The notes beneath the pieces are model-generated. The model was not told the DNA's origin and made no database searches. It worked only from the letters and a program-made list of their open reading frames with translations. Source: an uncultured delta proteobacterium (GTDB lineage Bacteria; Desulfobacterota; Binatia; Binatales; Binataceae). From it: DNA of 64,000 nucleotides. Both the position numbers and the translations under genes were made by a program. Of this stretch, positions 28,422-37,998 are shown in pieces. Location of the stretch: positions 544,001-608,000 of the forward strand of contig CAWCDG010000002.1 in NCBI GenBank assembly GCA_963794325.1, given 5' to 3'. Numbering within the stretch: the first letter of the stretch is position 1; each line of letters begins with the position of its first letter.

Positions 28422-28808
28422 ATGAAAATTTTAAACGGAAAAATTGTTGTTGGCGCGGCGCTGGCGATTTCTCTTGGCGCTTTTACTATTCCAGCGGGCG
28501 CGTCGGTGCCACCGATGAATACTGGCAACACCGTGATCAGACCGGTCGCCGGTATCCAGATCGCGCAGGTCGCGCGAGATATCGATCAGAAAACCGACGA
28601 GGTTCGCGATGGCACTGAAGGCGCAGTGAACGCCGTCGACGCCGCGCATCGCCGGCACGAGGCCACCGAGTACCGGCATCGCACGATCGGCAGCAAGATC
28701 GACAGCAAGGTGCACGAGATGAAGAGCGAGGCCCGAGGCGCTGGAAACGCGGTCGAGCGCGCGCATGAGCGGCATGAAGCGGTCGAGCAGTCGGAAGGTC
28801 GCGACTAG
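28422..28808 (+). CDS. Secreted hypothetical protein with internal duplication
   Basis: AAGGAGG RBS, signal peptide, two repeats of IDxK..E...G...AV..AHxRHEA. Confidence 0.75.
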   Translation: MKILNGKIVVGAALAISLGAFTIPAGASVPPMNTGNTVIRPVAGIQIAQVARDIDQKTDEVRDGTEGAVNAVDAAHRRHEATEYRHRTIGSKIDSKVHEMKSEARGAGNAVERAHERHEAVEQSEGRD

Positions 28809-28831
28809 TCAGATCGATCGACGACAGTTCG

Positions 28832-28872
28832 AAAAATAAAGAGGGCCGCCAAAATCTGGCGGCCCTTTTTTG
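28832..28872. terminator. Bidirectional terminator
   Basis: AGGGCCGCCA/TGGCGGCCCT stem flanked by an A-run and a T-run between convergent genes. Confidence 0.8.
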
Positions 28873-28895
28873 TGTCTCGCCTTTCGCGATCAGGG

Positions 28896-29357
28896 CTAGA
28901 AGGGGATGTCCTCGTCGTCCATCGGCGCGACGTCGTCGCCTCCACCGCCGCCGCCCGCGGGTGCGCGACGCGCACCGCCGCCGCCGAAACCACCGGCATC
29001 GTCGCCGGCGGGAGCGCCGCCGCGCGAGCTCAGGAACTGTACCCGCATCGCGACAATATCCGTGGCCTTGCGCTTCCCGCTGCCGTCCTTGGCTTCATAC
29101 TCGCGGTAAGTAATTCGTCCTTCGATATAAGCCGAGCTGCCCTTCTTCAGGTATTGAGCGCAGGCCTCGCCTTGCTTGCCCCATACAGTGATGTTGTGCC
29201 ACTCGGTGCGTTCCTGCCGCGTGCCACTCTTGTCGGCGAACGACTCTGTGGTCGCGATTGAAAAACTCGTGACCGACGAGCCCGAGTTGGTGAAGCGAGT
29301 TTCAGGATCGCGCCCGAGATTTCCGATGAGAATTACCTTATTTACCGACGCCGACAT
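28896..29357 (-). CDS. ssb: Single-stranded DNA-binding protein
   Basis: SVNKVILIGNLGRDPE, TEWH, C-terminal DDEDIPF. Confidence 0.96.
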   Translation of the reverse strand: MSASVNKVILIGNLGRDPETRFTNSGSSVTSFSIATTESFADKSGTRQERTEWHNITVWGKQGEACAQYLKKGSSAYIEGRITYREYEAKDGSGKRKATDIVAMRVQFLSSRGGAPAGDDAGGFGGGGARRAPAGGGGGGDDVAPMDDEDIPF

Positions 29358-29514
29358 CTTCGCCACCTCGTGATCGAAAAGTAGTCCCGCCCCGTTCGCA
29401 AGGCAAACCCCCACGCGGACGGCCCTGTGGATAGCTTTCTCACGGCGAGGATTGGCTTTCGCATCCAAACTGTGACCGATATAATCCGCCTCGGTGCGGA
29501 GGCAGGGATAGGCG

Positions 29515-31188
29515 ATGGCGGCAAGCACTTCCACGACCGCGCCGGTCAGAATCGTAGCCCTCGGCGGGCTCGGCGAGATCGGCCTCAATCTGATGGCGAT
29601 CGAATGCGCCGGGCGCGCGATCGTGATCGATTGCGGCGTTATGTTCCCCGACGAGCCCGGGCTCGGATTGGGGACTTACATCCCCGAGATGGCGTGGTTC
29701 GACCGCAGCCACGTCGCAGTCGAGGCGGTGGTACTCACCCACGCCCACGAGGATCATATCGGCGCGCTTGCGCATCTGCTGTGCCGCTTCAACGTTCCCG
29801 TTTATGGCACCGACGTTACGCTCGCGTTCACTCGACGGCGTCTCGCCGATGAGGAGTTCGACGATCCCGTCGACTTGCGGACAATCGAGCCGCGCAAGGC
29901 GTTCGCGGCGGGGCCGTTCACGGTCGAGCCGATTCGCGTCACGCACTCGACGCCTAACTCGACCGCGCTCGCGATTCGCACTCCGGCGGGAATCATCATT
30001 CATAGCGGCGACTTCAAGATCGATGACGCCCCGGTCGACGGCCAGATGTTCGATCGCGAGCGCTTTGCCGAACTCGGCGCCGAGGGCGTCGCGCTGTTGC
30101 TCTCGGACTCAACCAACGTCGAACGTCCCGGCCGCTCGGGATCGGAGAGCTCGCTCAAGCCGGTGTTGCGCGAGTTGACCTCGCGTGCGCGTGGCAGATT
30201 CTTCCTGTCGGCCTTTTCGTCGCATCTGCATCGGATTCGCCAGGTGGTCGAGGTCTCGCACGAGTTCGGACGCCGCGTGGTTCCGCTCGGCCGCGCGATG
30301 GCTGAAAGCGTCCGGCTCGGACTCGAGACTGGTCAGCTTCCATTCAAGCAGGCGATGTTCGTCGATCCCGGTGAGGCCGAGTTTCTCGACGGCAACCGGC
30401 TGAGCTACCTGACCAGCGGGAGCCAGGGCGAGCCGCTCTCCGCGCTGGCGAAGATCGCTGGCGACGCGCATCCGCGCGTGCGTATCGAGCATGGCGACGT
30501 GGTGGTGCTGTCGTCGCGCTTCATCCCGGGCAACGAGCGCACCATCAACACGCTGGTCAACCGTCTCTACAAGCAGGGCGCGGATGTCGTTTACGACGCG
30601 GTCGCTCCGGTGCACGTTTCAGGGCATGCCAGCCAGGACGAGCTCACGGAGATGATCACGCTGACGCGGCCGCGGCACTTCGTCCCGATTCATGGCGAGT
30701 ATCGTCATCTGAGCCGTCACGTCGCACTGGCAATCGCGGCGGGAATTCCCGAGCACAACTGCTTTCTGCTCGAAGACGGCGACTCGCTGATTCTGAGCGC
30801 CAGTGGTGAGGCGCGTCGCGGCTCGACGGTCGAGGCGGGTCGCGTCGCGCTCGACGTTATGGACGGCGGCGATCCCGAGGTGATCGGCGAGCGGCGGGTG
30901 CTCGCGCGCGACGGCACCGTGACGGCGATCATCGTGTTGTCGTCGAAGACCGGACGGATCATTGCGGGTCCGGATCTCCTGTCGCGAGGCCTCGTCAGCG
31001 GCGATGGAACTTCCGCGCATATGCGGCGCGCGAAAGAAGAATTAACCCGGCGCATCAATGCGCTCGGCGGCCCGCTGCATGCCAACGATTCGCGCCTGAA
31101 GGAAGAAATCGTGCGCGCGATTCGGCGCTACTTCAGCGACGAGCTCGGCAAGCGGCCGCTGGTAGTTCCGTACGTGACGGAGGTGTGA
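29515..31188 (+). CDS. rnj: Ribonuclease J
   Basis: LGGLGEIG, THAHEDHIG, GDFK, DSTN, GSQGEP, HVSGHA, PIHGEYRH. Confidence 0.95.
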   Translation: MAASTSTTAPVRIVALGGLGEIGLNLMAIECAGRAIVIDCGVMFPDEPGLGLGTYIPEMAWFDRSHVAVEAVVLTHAHEDHIGALAHLLCRFNVPVYGTDVTLAFTRRRLADEEFDDPVDLRTIEPRKAFAAGPFTVEPIRVTHSTPNSTALAIRTPAGIIIHSGDFKIDDAPVDGQMFDRERFAELGAEGVALLLSDSTNVERPGRSGSESSLKPVLRELTSRARGRFFLSAFSSHLHRIRQVVEVSHEFGRRVVPLGRAMAESVRLGLETGQLPFKQAMFVDPGEAEFLDGNRLSYLTSGSQGEPLSALAKIAGDAHPRVRIEHGDVVVLSSRFIPGNERTINTLVNRLYKQGADVVYDAVAPVHVSGHASQDELTEMITLTRPRHFVPIHGEYRHLSRHVALAIAAGIPEHNCFLLEDGDSLILSASGEARRGSTVEAGRVALDVMDGGDPEVIGERRVLARDGTVTAIIVLSSKTGRIIAGPDLLSRGLVSGDGTSAHMRRAKEELTRRINALGGPLHANDSRLKEEIVRAIRRYFSDELGKRPLVVPYVTEV

Positions 31189-33428
31189 AACCCATCGCGC
31201 GCAAGGAGAAAACGGTTATCGAATTGCCTCCACCGGCGGTGGTCGAGGAGGTTTCGATTGCGCCGTCGGCGAGCAGCCGGATCGCGCGCGAGCTTTTTTC
31301 ACTGGCGCTGCTGGCGTTCGCTGCGTTCGGCACGGTGAGCCTGATTAGCGTCGATATCGGACGTAGTCCCAACCTCGGCGGCCCGGTCGGCGCGGCGATC
31401 GCGGCGATGCTCGGCGGCCTGGTCGGATACCAATCGTACACTGCGATGATACTGGTCGGGTGGCTGGCGCAGCGCGTATGGACCGGCGCGAGAGTCGTCA
31501 CCATCGCGCGCGAGATTGGCGGCGGCGCGCTTTTGATTCTCGCGCTCGCGACCGCCAGTGCATTGTGGGATCTGCACGATGCCGCTATGGGCGGTGAAGT
31601 CGGCGCGAGTATCGCGACTTTGCTCAATGACTCGATCAACGTCGCAGGAGGCTTGATCGCCGTCGCGCTGGGATTCATCTGCGGGCTTGCGCTGATGCTT
31701 AAGAGGGCGCCGACCGAATTACTCGCGGGAATCGCCGGTAAGATTCGCCCACGCTCACGCCGCGACGCGTTCGAACCCGGCGACAGATCGCGAATCCCTT
31801 TTTCACTTAGCGAAGGCGACGAAGTCGAGATGGATTCGGAAAACATCAACGGCAAACCGTCACCGCTGAAAGTCAGGTTGCTCGACATTCGCGAGAAGCG
31901 CGATAAGGTGGCGGCGGCGAAGCCTCGGCAAAAGGGCGCATTCAAGCTTCCTCCGCAGTCGCTGCTGGATTTGCCGCCCGCCGAGCATGCGCAAGTGGAC
32001 GAGGGCCAGCTCGAGCGCAGCGCGCGAGTGCTCGAGCAGAAACTCGCGGACTTTGGAGTCGAGGGTCGCGTGGTCGAGGTGCAGCCGGGCCCCGTCGTCA
32101 CGATGTACAAGTTCGAGCCCGGCTCCGGAATAAAGGTGAGCCAGATCGTCAATCTCGCGGACGATCTCTCGATGGCTCTCAGAGCGGCCGCCGTACGAAT
32201 CCAGGCGCCGGTGCCGGGAGAGGCCGTAGTCGGAATCGAGGTGCCGAACAAGAAGCGCGAGCGCGTTTTCCTGCGCGAGATTCTCGAAGCCGACGAATTC
32301 TCCGCCGCGCAAAGTCAGCTCACCATCGCGCTCGGCAAGGATATCGCCGGACGTCCGGTGGCGGCCGACCTCGCCAAGATGCCTCATCTGCTGATCGCGG
32401 GCGCGACCGGAACCGGCAAGTCGGTTTCGCTGCATACGATGATCGCGTCGATTCTGTTCAACGCGACCGCCGACGACGTGCGACTGATCCTCGTCGATCC
32501 GAAGATGCTCGAATTGTCGGTCTACGAAAATATTCCGCATCTGCTGGTGCCGGTCGTCGTCGATCCGCAGAAGGCCGCGTCCGCGCTGCTGTGGGCGACG
32601 CAGGAAATGGAAGGCCGTTACCTGCGGATGCGCGAGCTGGGCGTCCGCAATATCGACGGCTACAACCATGCGCTGGCGTCGGGTGCGTCCCTCGCGCAGC
32701 TCAAGATGGCGGGACAAAGTGCGCCGGCGTCGGACGATCCGAATCAGCCGGCGGTCGGGATGATCGAGCATCGCAAGCTGCCCAAGATCGTGATCGTTAT
32801 CGACGAGCTCGCCGACCTGCTGCTGAGCGAGGGCAAGACCGTCGAGCGCGATATCACGCGGCTTGCGCAAAAGGCGCGCGCCGCGGGAATCCATCTGATC
32901 CTCGCGACGCAGCGGCCGTCGGTCGACGTGATCACCGGCCTTATCAAGGCCAACCTGCCGGCGCGAATCTCGCTGCAGGTGACATCGCGGGTCGATTCGC
33001 GCACGATCCTCGATTCGATCGGCGCCGAACGCCTGCTCGGCGCCGGCGACATGCTCTTCATGCCGCCCGGCAGCGCGAAACTTCGCCGCTTGCACGGACC
33101 GTTCGTCGGCGAGCACGAGATTCGCAAACTCACCGATTTTCTGCGCGAGCAGGGCGCGCCCGAGTACCGGATGGAAATCCTCGACACCAAGCCGCCCGGC
33201 GAGGACGGCGGCGACGGTCTCGGTGGCGAGGTGCAGGACGAGATGTATGATGAGGCTGTGCGGATCGTGATGGAGACCAACCAGGCGTCGATTTCGATGA
33301 TCCAGCGGCGGCTTCGAATCGGTTACAATCGCGCGGCCCGGATGGTCGAGCAGATGGAACGCGAAGGAATCGTGATGCCCGCCGACGGCGCCAAGCCACG
33401 AGAAGTCCGGTTGCACAACGCTCGATGA
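31185..33428 (+). CDS. ftsK: DNA translocase FtsK
   Basis: N-terminal TMs, PHLLIAGATGTGKS, DELAD, ATQRPSVD, gamma domain RIGYNRAAR. Confidence 0.96.
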   Translation: MKPIARKEKTVIELPPPAVVEEVSIAPSASSRIARELFSLALLAFAAFGTVSLISVDIGRSPNLGGPVGAAIAAMLGGLVGYQSYTAMILVGWLAQRVWTGARVVTIAREIGGGALLILALATASALWDLHDAAMGGEVGASIATLLNDSINVAGGLIAVALGFICGLALMLKRAPTELLAGIAGKIRPRSRRDAFEPGDRSRIPFSLSEGDEVEMDSENINGKPSPLKVRLLDIREKRDKVAAAKPRQKGAFKLPPQSLLDLPPAEHAQVDEGQLERSARVLEQKLADFGVEGRVVEVQPGPVVTMYKFEPGSGIKVSQIVNLADDLSMALRAAAVRIQAPVPGEAVVGIEVPNKKRERVFLREILEADEFSAAQSQLTIALGKDIAGRPVAADLAKMPHLLIAGATGTGKSVSLHTMIASILFNATADDVRLILVDPKMLELSVYENIPHLLVPVVVDPQKAASALLWATQEMEGRYLRMRELGVRNIDGYNHALASGASLAQLKMAGQSAPASDDPNQPAVGMIEHRKLPKIVIVIDELADLLLSEGKTVERDITRLAQKARAAGIHLILATQRPSVDVITGLIKANLPARISLQVTSRVDSRTILDSIGAERLLGAGDMLFMPPGSAKLRRLHGPFVGEHEIRKLTDFLREQGAPEYRMEILDTKPPGEDGGDGLGGEVQDEMYDEAVRIVMETNQASISMIQRRLRIGYNRAARMVEQMEREGIVMPADGAKPREVRLHNAR

Positions 33429-34129
33429 TGCTCCGCGATCTTTTTAGAAAATTGTGGCCGGCATTTTTTGCGGTGACTGCGGTGGTTCTCGTCGCGGCGC
33501 CGCTGCATTCCGAGACGATGGTGCCGAGCGGCCCGCCCCTCAGCAAAGATTTGAAGAAGGTGCTCGATCGCCTGCAGCGCCATTACCGGGACACGAAATC
33601 GTTCTCGGCGAAATTCAACGAGGAGATCGCGGCGGTCGGCGCGCCGAAGCGACAACGTCAGGGCACGGTCTCATTTCGCAAGCCCGGGCGCATGCGATGG
33701 GACTTCGAGACACCGGAAAAACAAACGATCGTCAGCGACGGCGAGACGCTTTATTCCTACGACTCGGATCTCAACCAGGTCGTCGAGACTCCGCTGAAGC
33801 AGGCGATCAAGTCGAGCAGCGCGACGTCGTTCCTGCTCGGAATCGGAAATATCAACCGCGACTTCAAAGCCGCATTTGCGAATCCGCCGGCGCCTGACGG
33901 GCCGGTGAATCTGATCCTCGACGCCCGGACTGGCGGCTACAAAATCGAAGTTGGGCTTGATCCGAAAACCTACAATCTCATGAAGCTGACGCTCACCGAC
34001 CAGCTAGGCGACGTGACGAAGATCGATTTCAGCGACATTCATGATAATGTGGAGCTGCCCGATTCGACTTTCGCTTTCAACGCGCCGGCCGGCGCGGACA
34101 TTGTGACCGCACCTGCCTCGCCGCAATGA
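33425..34129 (+). CDS. lolA: Outer membrane lipoprotein carrier protein
   Basis: KPGRMRW, QTIVSDG; follows ftsK. Confidence 0.88.
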   Translation: MMLRDLFRKLWPAFFAVTAVVLVAAPLHSETMVPSGPPLSKDLKKVLDRLQRHYRDTKSFSAKFNEEIAAVGAPKRQRQGTVSFRKPGRMRWDFETPEKQTIVSDGETLYSYDSDLNQVVETPLKQAIKSSSATSFLLGIGNINRDFKAAFANPPAPDGPVNLILDARTGGYKIEVGLDPKTYNLMKLTLTDQLGDVTKIDFSDIHDNVELPDSTFAFNAPAGADIVTAPASPQ

Positions 34130-34235
34130 TCTGATACACTGAATACTGATCAAACGCCGAAACTCGGGTGCGCGATTGCCTCGTCGTTAGGCGACGGGTA
34201 TTTTTAAAAGCCCCTTAAGTTTCCCGGTCCCGTAA

Positions 34236-35576
34236 ATGGAAAAAGTTCACCTACTCACGCTTGGATGCCCCAAGAATCTCGCCGACAGCGAGTTGATGCT
34301 CGGCGCGCTGACCTCGGCCGGGTTCGAGATCACGCTCGACCCCGAAGAGGCGCAAGTGCTGCTGGTGAACACCTGCGCGTTTATCGAGGCGGCGAAGAAA
34401 GAATCGATCGACGCGATCCTCGAGGCGGCCGAGGTCAAGAAGCGCGGCTTCGGCAAGCGGCTGGTGGTTGCGGGATGTCTGTCGCAGCGCTACGCGACCG
34501 AGCTCGCCGCGACGATGCCCGAGGTTGACGTGTTCGTCGGTACCGGGAACTTCCTCGATCTTCCCGAGTTGCTGCGGCGCACCGAAGCGCCCGAATCGCG
34601 GCCGATTCCATATGCCGGCGCGGCGCATCTGCTGCCGACCTCGGCAATCCCGCGAATCAAGACCGGAGATTTCTTCACGTCTTACTTGAAGATTTCAGAA
34701 GGCTGCAATCACAAGTGCGCCTTCTGCATCATTCCAAAAATTCGCGGCCTGCATGAGAGCCGCCCGACTGCCGATCTGGTCGCCGAAGCGCGCAATCTGG
34801 TCGCCGGCGGCGTGCGCGAGATCAATTTGATCGCGCAGGATTTGACCGCATACGGCCGCGATCTTAAGGAGCAGTCATCTCTGGCACAACTGCTGCGCGA
34901 ACTCTCGACCATCGACGAGTTGCGCTGGATACGATTGCTCTACTGCTATCCGAATTTCGTGAGCGCCGAGCTGCTCGACGCAATCGCGGAGCTGCCCAAG
35001 GTCGTCAAGTACATCGACATGCCGTTGCAACATGCCGACGACGCGATGCTGCGCGCGATGCGCCGCGAGCGCTCAGGGTCGGCGCTCGTCAAGCTGCTCG
35101 AGCGCGTGCGCGAACGTATTCCCGGCGTCGTGCTGCGAACCTCGTTCATTGTCGGGTTCCCGGGCGAGACCGACGCCGCCTTCGAGCGTCTGGTGGATTT
35201 TGTTCGTGCTGAGCAGTTCGATCGGGTGGGAGTGTTCACGTATTCGCGCGAGGAGAATACAGCCGCGTACGATATGCCGGACCAGGTGCCCGAGCGCGTC
35301 AAGCGCGCGCGGCGCGCAAGCCTGATGGCGACGCAGTCGGAGATTTCGCTCGCGAAAAATCGCGGGATGGTCGGACGCGAAGTCGAAGTGCTGGTTGAGG
35401 GGCCGATGCCGGGACGCTCGACGCGGCTGCGCGCGCGCACCTCGGGCCAGGCGCCCGAAATCGACGGCGGCGTGTTCCTTGCGGGCGACGCCGAGCCGGG
35501 CGAGTTCGTCCGCGCCCGAATCGACAAGGCGCTCAGTTACGATCTGCATGCAACGGTCGCCGGTGCGGCCGCTTAA
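34236..35576 (+). CDS. rimO: Ribosomal protein S12 methylthiotransferase
   Basis: LGCPKNLADSE, NTCAFI, CxxxCxxC (CNHKCAFC), APEIDG. Confidence 0.95.
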   Translation: MEKVHLLTLGCPKNLADSELMLGALTSAGFEITLDPEEAQVLLVNTCAFIEAAKKESIDAILEAAEVKKRGFGKRLVVAGCLSQRYATELAATMPEVDVFVGTGNFLDLPELLRRTEAPESRPIPYAGAAHLLPTSAIPRIKTGDFFTSYLKISEGCNHKCAFCIIPKIRGLHESRPTADLVAEARNLVAGGVREINLIAQDLTAYGRDLKEQSSLAQLLRELSTIDELRWIRLLYCYPNFVSAELLDAIAELPKVVKYIDMPLQHADDAMLRAMRRERSGSALVKLLERVRERIPGVVLRTSFIVGFPGETDAAFERLVDFVRAEQFDRVGVFTYSREENTAAYDMPDQVPERVKRARRASLMATQSEISLAKNRGMVGREVEVLVEGPMPGRSTRLRARTSGQAPEIDGGVFLAGDAEPGEFVRARIDKALSYDLHATVAGAAA

Positions 35577-35599
35577 ATATAAATCGGAGTCGGGATTCA

Positions 35600-36052
35600 A
35601 TGACCAAGAATACAGTTGGCGCGGACCGAAAAAAGTTCCTGGCCAAAATGCGCGAACAACTGCTCGATACCAAGGCCAAACTGCTCGGCGAGATCGATTC
35701 GGAGATGCGCGCTGAACGCGAAGGTAACAAGGACGAAGGGATGGACGCCTACGACCTGGCGTCGGAAGAGCGCGATCGCGAGATCAACTTCATCCTGTCG
35801 GACCGCGAACGCGTCAAGCTGAAGCAGATTGATGACGCGCTCGAGCGGCTCGACGACGGCAGCTACGGCGTCTGCGAGTCGTGCGGACTGGAGATCGCCG
35901 AGGAACGCCTCGCAGCGATGCCGTTCACGCGTCTCTGCCGTGATTGTCAGCAGGATGAGGAGCGCGAGGCGAAATCGCAGCGGCGACCCGATGATGAGCC
36001 CAATGCTTATCGCAAAGTCGGTTCGACCGACGCCGACGACGATAACGCCTAG
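35600..36052 (+). CDS. dksA: DksA/TraR C4 zinc-finger protein
   Basis: D..D.A..E coiled-coil tip, YGVCESCG, RLCRDC. Confidence 0.85.
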   Translation: MTKNTVGADRKKFLAKMREQLLDTKAKLLGEIDSEMRAEREGNKDEGMDAYDLASEERDREINFILSDRERVKLKQIDDALERLDDGSYGVCESCGLEIAEERLAAMPFTRLCRDCQQDEEREAKSQRRPDDEPNAYRKVGSTDADDDNA

Positions 36053-36141
36053 ATACAGCGAAAAAGAATAACGACAAGAAAAAGGAAATTCCGGCTAAAG
36101 CGCCTTCAACCCTCGAGATAGAAATAGCAATAGGAATAACG

Positions 36142-36777
36142 ATGCGGATGAAATCCTCTGCTTTTGGGCGTTGGATCGGCGCGTTGGTCCTTTGCGGCAT
36201 CGTGGTGGCCTTATGCGTTCAGTTCGTCGACCGACCGGTAGCACTGTTCGCGAACGCCCATTTGGCACCGAAGAATTCGCTCGCCACTTCGCTAGACCTG
36301 GTGCTGCTATTCGTTCCGCTCGGCGCGCTGACTATCTTGGGCTGCGGCTGCACCGTGTTGGCAGGGCGCAGCTTGCCACGATTGGCAGAGGCAACGATGC
36401 TCGCGGGTTTCAGCCTGATGTGGGGATTGGCGAGCACTGCCTATCTGTTGAAGCCGGCGTTTGGGCGCATCGAGATAGCGACCTATCTTGCGCACCCCAA
36501 TCTCTATGGCTTCAAGCCGTTTCATGGCAATTCGAACTCGGGGTTTCCCTCCGGTCATGTGGCTATCGCATCGTCTTTCCTGCTGGTGTTCTGGGTTTTC
36601 TACCCGCGCGCTAGAATTTTCATTGGCGCCGTCATCGGCGCGGTGATGATCGGCTTGGTTCTGGCGACATGGCATTTCGTGTCGGATGTTGTCGGTGGCC
36701 TTTTCGTCGGCGCGACGGCCGCAGAAATGACGATCGCGCTCTTCCGGGCAGATCGCCACGACACAACCGTGACCTGA
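36142..36777 (+). CDS. PAP2-family membrane phosphatase
   Basis: KPAFGR, FPSGH, HFVSDV. Confidence 0.85.
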   Translation: MRMKSSAFGRWIGALVLCGIVVALCVQFVDRPVALFANAHLAPKNSLATSLDLVLLFVPLGALTILGCGCTVLAGRSLPRLAEATMLAGFSLMWGLASTAYLLKPAFGRIEIATYLAHPNLYGFKPFHGNSNSGFPSGHVAIASSFLLVFWVFYPRARIFIGAVIGAVMIGLVLATWHFVSDVVGGLFVGATAAEMTIALFRADRHDTTVT

Positions 36778-36970
36778 AGCCGCTTTGGTCGCCCACGACT
36801 CAGTGTTTTTTCGTGACGTGTCGCGGCTTGCGCCTGTAATTAGGCCAGTACCCCGCGGTGGCGTTGTTTACCGCGCCGTCCAAACCAGTCATTCTAGATA
36901 GACAACTCGCGCGCATCAGCGGTCCTCAACCACAACCAGCATCACCGCATCAGACTTTATAAACCAATTA

Positions 36971-37912
36971 ATGAGAATATTTTCGGACATTGAGACCGGC
37001 CTATCCGACGGTTCGTCCGTCGAACATGCCGACACTCGAGAGCGAATTCGCACCAATCTTGCCGGCGTCGGCGCGACCATCGTCCTTGCCAGCGCACGCG
37101 GCGGAGTCGGCAAGAGCATGCTCGCGGTGAATATCGCCGCGGCGTGGACGATGAAGGGCCGCAAGGTCGCGATCATCGATGCGGACCTGAATTCGCCCAG
37201 CATCGCGGCGATGCTCGGAATGAAAGCGCAGCGGCGCTACCCGACGATCAGCGGAATCGAGTTTGTGGCCGGGCCGCATGGCTTGCGCCTGGTCTCGAGC
37301 GATCAACTCCCGGGCGGCGAGCCGCCACCTATCAGCTTTATCCAGGATTACGATCAGGCCGACGGGAACGGGAGCGAGCCGGCCGCACCTGCGCCCACGG
37401 GTCCCGCGGAACTCGGCTATCGCGCGGCGCTCGGTCGAATGCTGGCGGAGTCGCAGTTTGGGAACGTGGATTTGCTGCTGATCGATCTGGCTAGCGGACT
37501 CGATCGATTGCATGCGCTCGCGCCTATGATGACGCTCGACGGCGTGCTGCTGCTGACACATCCGTCGGCACAGGACACGAGCGCCGCGCGTCACGCGATA
37601 AAGATTGGACGCGCAATCGGTGCGCCAGTCTCCGGCATTGTCGAGAATATGGCCGGCTTCAACTGCGACGGATGCCGCAGCGTGCGACCCTTATGGCCGG
37701 AAGGTGATCTCAACGGAGTCGCGCGCGAGAGTGGGGTGCCGATTCTGGGGCGGCTTGCGTTTGAACCGCGCCTCGCGGACAGCACCGATCGCGGCGTGCT
37801 GTTCGTCCGCGAGTACGCATCGACGCCGACGGGCAAAGTGCTCGTCGAAATCGCGAATCAGGTCGAAGCAATCGTCGGCGCGCGCAGTCGCGGTCTGAAT
37901 ACGCCCGCGTAG
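36971..37912 (+). CDS. Mrp/NBP35 (ApbC)-like P-loop protein, degenerate
   Basis: SARGGVGKS, DADLNSPS, GIVENMAGFNCDGC. Confidence 0.8.
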   Translation: MRIFSDIETGLSDGSSVEHADTRERIRTNLAGVGATIVLASARGGVGKSMLAVNIAAAWTMKGRKVAIIDADLNSPSIAAMLGMKAQRRYPTISGIEFVAGPHGLRLVSSDQLPGGEPPPISFIQDYDQADGNGSEPAAPAPTGPAELGYRAALGRMLAESQFGNVDLLLIDLASGLDRLHALAPMMTLDGVLLLTHPSAQDTSAARHAIKIGRAIGAPVSGIVENMAGFNCDGCRSVRPLWPEGDLNGVARESGVPILGRLAFEPRLADSTDRGVLFVREYASTPTGKVLVEIANQVEAIVGARSRGLNTPA

Positions 37913-37998
37913 ATGCCGCGCGCGACAGAAAGGAAATTTCCCTCAAGGTACCCAGCACCAAGCTGATTCACTGAAAAAAGACCCCCGCTGCCTGATTC

